Assembly (NCBI GenBank): GCA_046758505.1
Contig: JBHIAH010000004.1
Span: 43,944-107,943, forward strand
Reading direction: 5' to 3'
Length of the DNA: 64,000 nucleotides
From: Candidatus Methylomirabilales bacterium
GTDB taxonomy: Bacteria > Methylomirabilota > Methylomirabilia > Methylomirabilales > CSP1-5
Position numbers and translations under genes: made by a program. Positions 61,944-64,000 of the stretch are shown one piece after another (position 1 is the first letter of the stretch; every line of letters begins with the position of its first letter). The notes beneath the pieces are model-generated. The model was not told the DNA's origin, did not search any database, and saw nothing but the letters and a program-made list of their open reading frames with translations.

Positions 61944-62940
61944 GTCGAGCTCTCCTCTCGAAGACCATCTTCCCGAATAACACATACGCCCCGATCCATA
62001 CCCCAGCGACGATGCCTGCCGTGGCCGTCAAGCTGCTCAAGGCGAGCATGGGAACACCCGTGAGGCTGTGGCCGATGTTACATCCGCCGGCGATGCCCGC
62101 ACCGACCCCCATCAGCGCTCCCCCCCCAAACGCCTGGAGCAGCCGGACGGGGCTAGGGGCGCGCCAGGCAAATTCCTTGTGGCCGATGGCACCCAGAAAA
62201 GCCCCCAGGGGAATCCCGAGCCACATGAAGCTTGACCAATTCAACCACCGGATCTCTCCCGTGAAGAGGTATCGGAACAGGGTGGCAATGGGCTCCGTGA
62301 TCGACAACCCGTACTGCCGACCGGTGCTCGCCGATAGGACCCACGCCACGACCCCGATCAGGCCGATGATCCCGCCCGCCACGGGCCACTTCCACCCCCG
62401 CGCGTATGTGTCGATTGCACCTCGCGCGCACCACCAGGTTCCCGCCACGACCAGGACCCCGATGACAACCCAATGATTGATGCCCAAGAGCGCGCTCAGT
62501 GTCGGTTCCCTGCCGACCGGGACGATCGTCGCCTGGAGCGCCCGCTGGATCGGCCGGAGCACGCCCAAATTCGTCATGGTAACCCCGATCCCGAATCCGA
62601 TAAAAGCGAGGATTGATGCAACCATGCCCTCCCCCGACCGGTAGGAGATACCGCTCGCTCACCCGCCTGCGTTCGCCATGCCGAACCCGAAGATGAGGCC
62701 GCCTACCACGGTGGCCTGCCAGAAGAAGGGAGCCATGTTCCGCATAATCATACCGAGGTCGGCAAGTAGGTTGAGCCCGACGAGTTGGACCAGGACCGCC
62801 ACCACGTACGCCCGCAGCAGCGTGAAGTCCCGCGCCACGAGCACATCGCGAAAGGCGGTGTTCATGCAGAACCGCCCGCGCTGCAGGGCGTACCCGAACG
62901 CAAGGCCCACTGGAAAACCGAGGAGCACTGCCTTAAGCAT
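61936..62940 (-). CDS. yeeE: YeeE/YedE (TsuA) thiosulfate transporter, predicted selenoprotein (UGA at codon 94)
   Basis: Track ORFs 62659-62940 and 61936-62625 are in one frame; read-through gives GMANAGG-U-ASGISYRSGEG; also RGRFC and AGGCNIG; 334 aa. Confidence 0.88.
62629..62647 (-). promoter_or_regulatory. Bacterial SECIS-like hairpin
   Basis: CUCCU-A-CC[GGUC]GG-GGGAG starting 11 nt after the in-frame UGA at 62661-62659. Confidence 0.7.
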
Positions 62941-62955
62941 CCGCGGCGCCCCGTA

Positions 62956-63216
62956 TCACCAACAGGTTACTCGATCGCACTGAAATACCAGTTCCACGAC
63001 CCCCCGGTAATCGACCGCCTTGAGGTGCCCCCCCGTTACTCCTCGGGCTTCGAGGTCTGCCGCGGTCGCATAAAGGGGGAGCGCGGTCTCCCGGGAAGAG
63101 AGAACGCCATCCTGCCAGAGCAGGACCGACACCTCATGTCCCCCTTTGGCCTGCGCCTCGCCCACCTCCCAGGCCCACGTCTCTCTTGGATCCTTGATGA
63201 TATGCAGATACCTCAT
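62956..63216 (-). CDS. DsrH/TusB-like sulfur relay protein
   Basis: LLWQDGV, DLEARG, VDY..VVEL......TCW; start at ATG 63216. Confidence 0.82.
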   Translation of the reverse strand: MRYLHIIKDPRETWAWEVGEAQAKGGHEVSVLLWQDGVLSSRETALPLYATAADLEARGVTGGHLKAVDYRGVVELVFQCDRVTCW

Positions 63217-63219
63217 CGC

Positions 63220-63312
63220 GTCCGATGTCCAAGGTCCGAGGTCCGATATCCGAAGTAAGACGGCCGACCGACACCCCCTTACAACGAACATAGAACGTCG
63301 AACTTCGAACTC
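63220..63312. repeat. Inverted 7-bp tandem repeat element
   Basis: GTCCGAT-GTCCAAG-GTCCGAG-GTCCGAT-ATCCGAA facing GAACATA-GAACGTC-GAACTTC-GAACTC. Confidence 0.7.
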
Positions 63313-63660
63313 CTAAAACGGGACCACGACGTCAGACTCCTCCAGAAGCTTCAGGACCTCCGCCCGGTCCAGGACCTCCACCGCCGGGTGCAAGGAGAAC
63401 CCACCCAGTGCCGCATGCGATCGGCGGTCCGCCACCACGCGGTGCCCCAGCGCCTTCAGGGCCTCGAGGTGCTTTGCCACCCCCGGTTGTCCGATCCGCT
63501 CCGCCCTGAGCCCCGTCGCCCCGGCAACGACGCCATGCTCCACCAGGAGAGCGGTCACCTGATGGGGAGCCAGCGTGTACCCCACGGCAACCCGTAGCGC
63601 CTCGCTCGCCCGTATGGTATTCAGCGGCAGATGGCGAATCAGCACGGTGATCCGTTTCAT
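63313..63660 (-). CDS. DsrF/TusC-like protein
   Basis: R..P.....SEALR.A.G, D.V.PF C-terminus; between DsrE-like and DsrH-like genes. Confidence 0.78.
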   Translation of the reverse strand: MKRITVLIRHLPLNTIRASEALRVAVGYTLAPHQVTALLVEHGVVAGATGLRAERIGQPGVAKHLEALKALGHRVVADRRSHAALGGFSLHPAVEVLDRAEVLKLLEESDVVVPF

Positions 63661-63666
63661 GATCCC

Positions 63667-63999
63667 TCACCCGAAGACCAGAAAACGATCCGCCCGGTGA
63701 AGGATCTGGGCGTGATCGTATTGACTCCCAAAGGTGACACCCGCGATGGCGGTCTCTTTGGTCACGCCCCGGGGATCGCAGTTGGACCCGCAGAGGGTAA
63801 TGGTCGCCCCCGCCTCTTGGAGGGCGGCGAACTCCCCGGCCACCGGGTTGTCCCCGACATCGAGGATGTTGTACACCCCGTCATCCATCAGAAACAGCTC
63901 CACTTGGTGTCCCAGCCCCAAGGCGGCCCGGGCAACCCGAAGGGCGCTGACCGAGTTTTGGTGTTCCGGCGAGGTCGTGAGCAACATCCCCAGTCTCAT
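63667..63999 (-). CDS. DsrE/TusD-like sulfur relay protein
   Basis: TTSP, VELFLMDDGVY, ITLCGSNC..RG, GSQY, DRFLVFG. Confidence 0.88.
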   Translation of the reverse strand: MRLGMLLTTSPEHQNSVSALRVARAALGLGHQVELFLMDDGVYNILDVGDNPVAGEFAALQEAGATITLCGSNCDPRGVTKETAIAGVTFGSQYDHAQILHRADRFLVFG

Positions 64000-64000
64000 G

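Noticed and set aside
62956..63999. DsrEFH-like triad as evidence of reverse-Dsr sulfur oxidation
   Set aside because: No dsrAB or dsrC in the window, and the context is assimilatory

Overview
High-GC bacterial chromosome segment. Gene content and order are compatible with a Methylomirabilota/Nitrospirota/deltaproteobacteria-like lineage (inference only). A XerCD dif site lies at 190-217, and almost every gene to its right is on the minus strand pointing toward it, so the window probably begins at the replication terminus. 0.4-35 kb is housekeeping: ihfB, sppA, rpsA, plsC, cmk, aroA, miaA, ilvBNC, murJ, rpsT, holA, lptE, leuS, truA, asd, leuACD, pssA/psd, alaS, recX, pilT, recA, plus a class III nucleotide cyclase. 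35-48.6 kb is an acyl-CoA/B12 cluster: PhaR and PhaE-like genes, a CoA-transferase, MeaB, a two-subunit mutase with isobutyryl-CoA-mutase residues, a B12-binding protein, a FadF-like Fe-S protein and ETF. 48.8-64 kb is a sulfur-assimilation island and the most interesting part. It contains a YeeE/TsuA transporter with an in-frame UGA at the key Cys followed by a SECIS-like hairpin (predicted selenoprotein), a CysO-CysM fusion with a buried Gly-Gly next to a JAMM protease, a SAM-I riboswitch-controlled NIL/threonine-synthase-like/MoaD operon (probable homocysteine synthesis), and sat, APS reductase, sulfite reductase, TauE, three rhodaneses, two TusA and a DsrEFH-like triad. Other signals: holA has no canonical start codon, a candidate ~155-nt structured RNA, and a family of inverted 7-bp tandem repeats in intergenic spacers. 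No CRISPR array, rRNA, tRNA or transposase was recognised.
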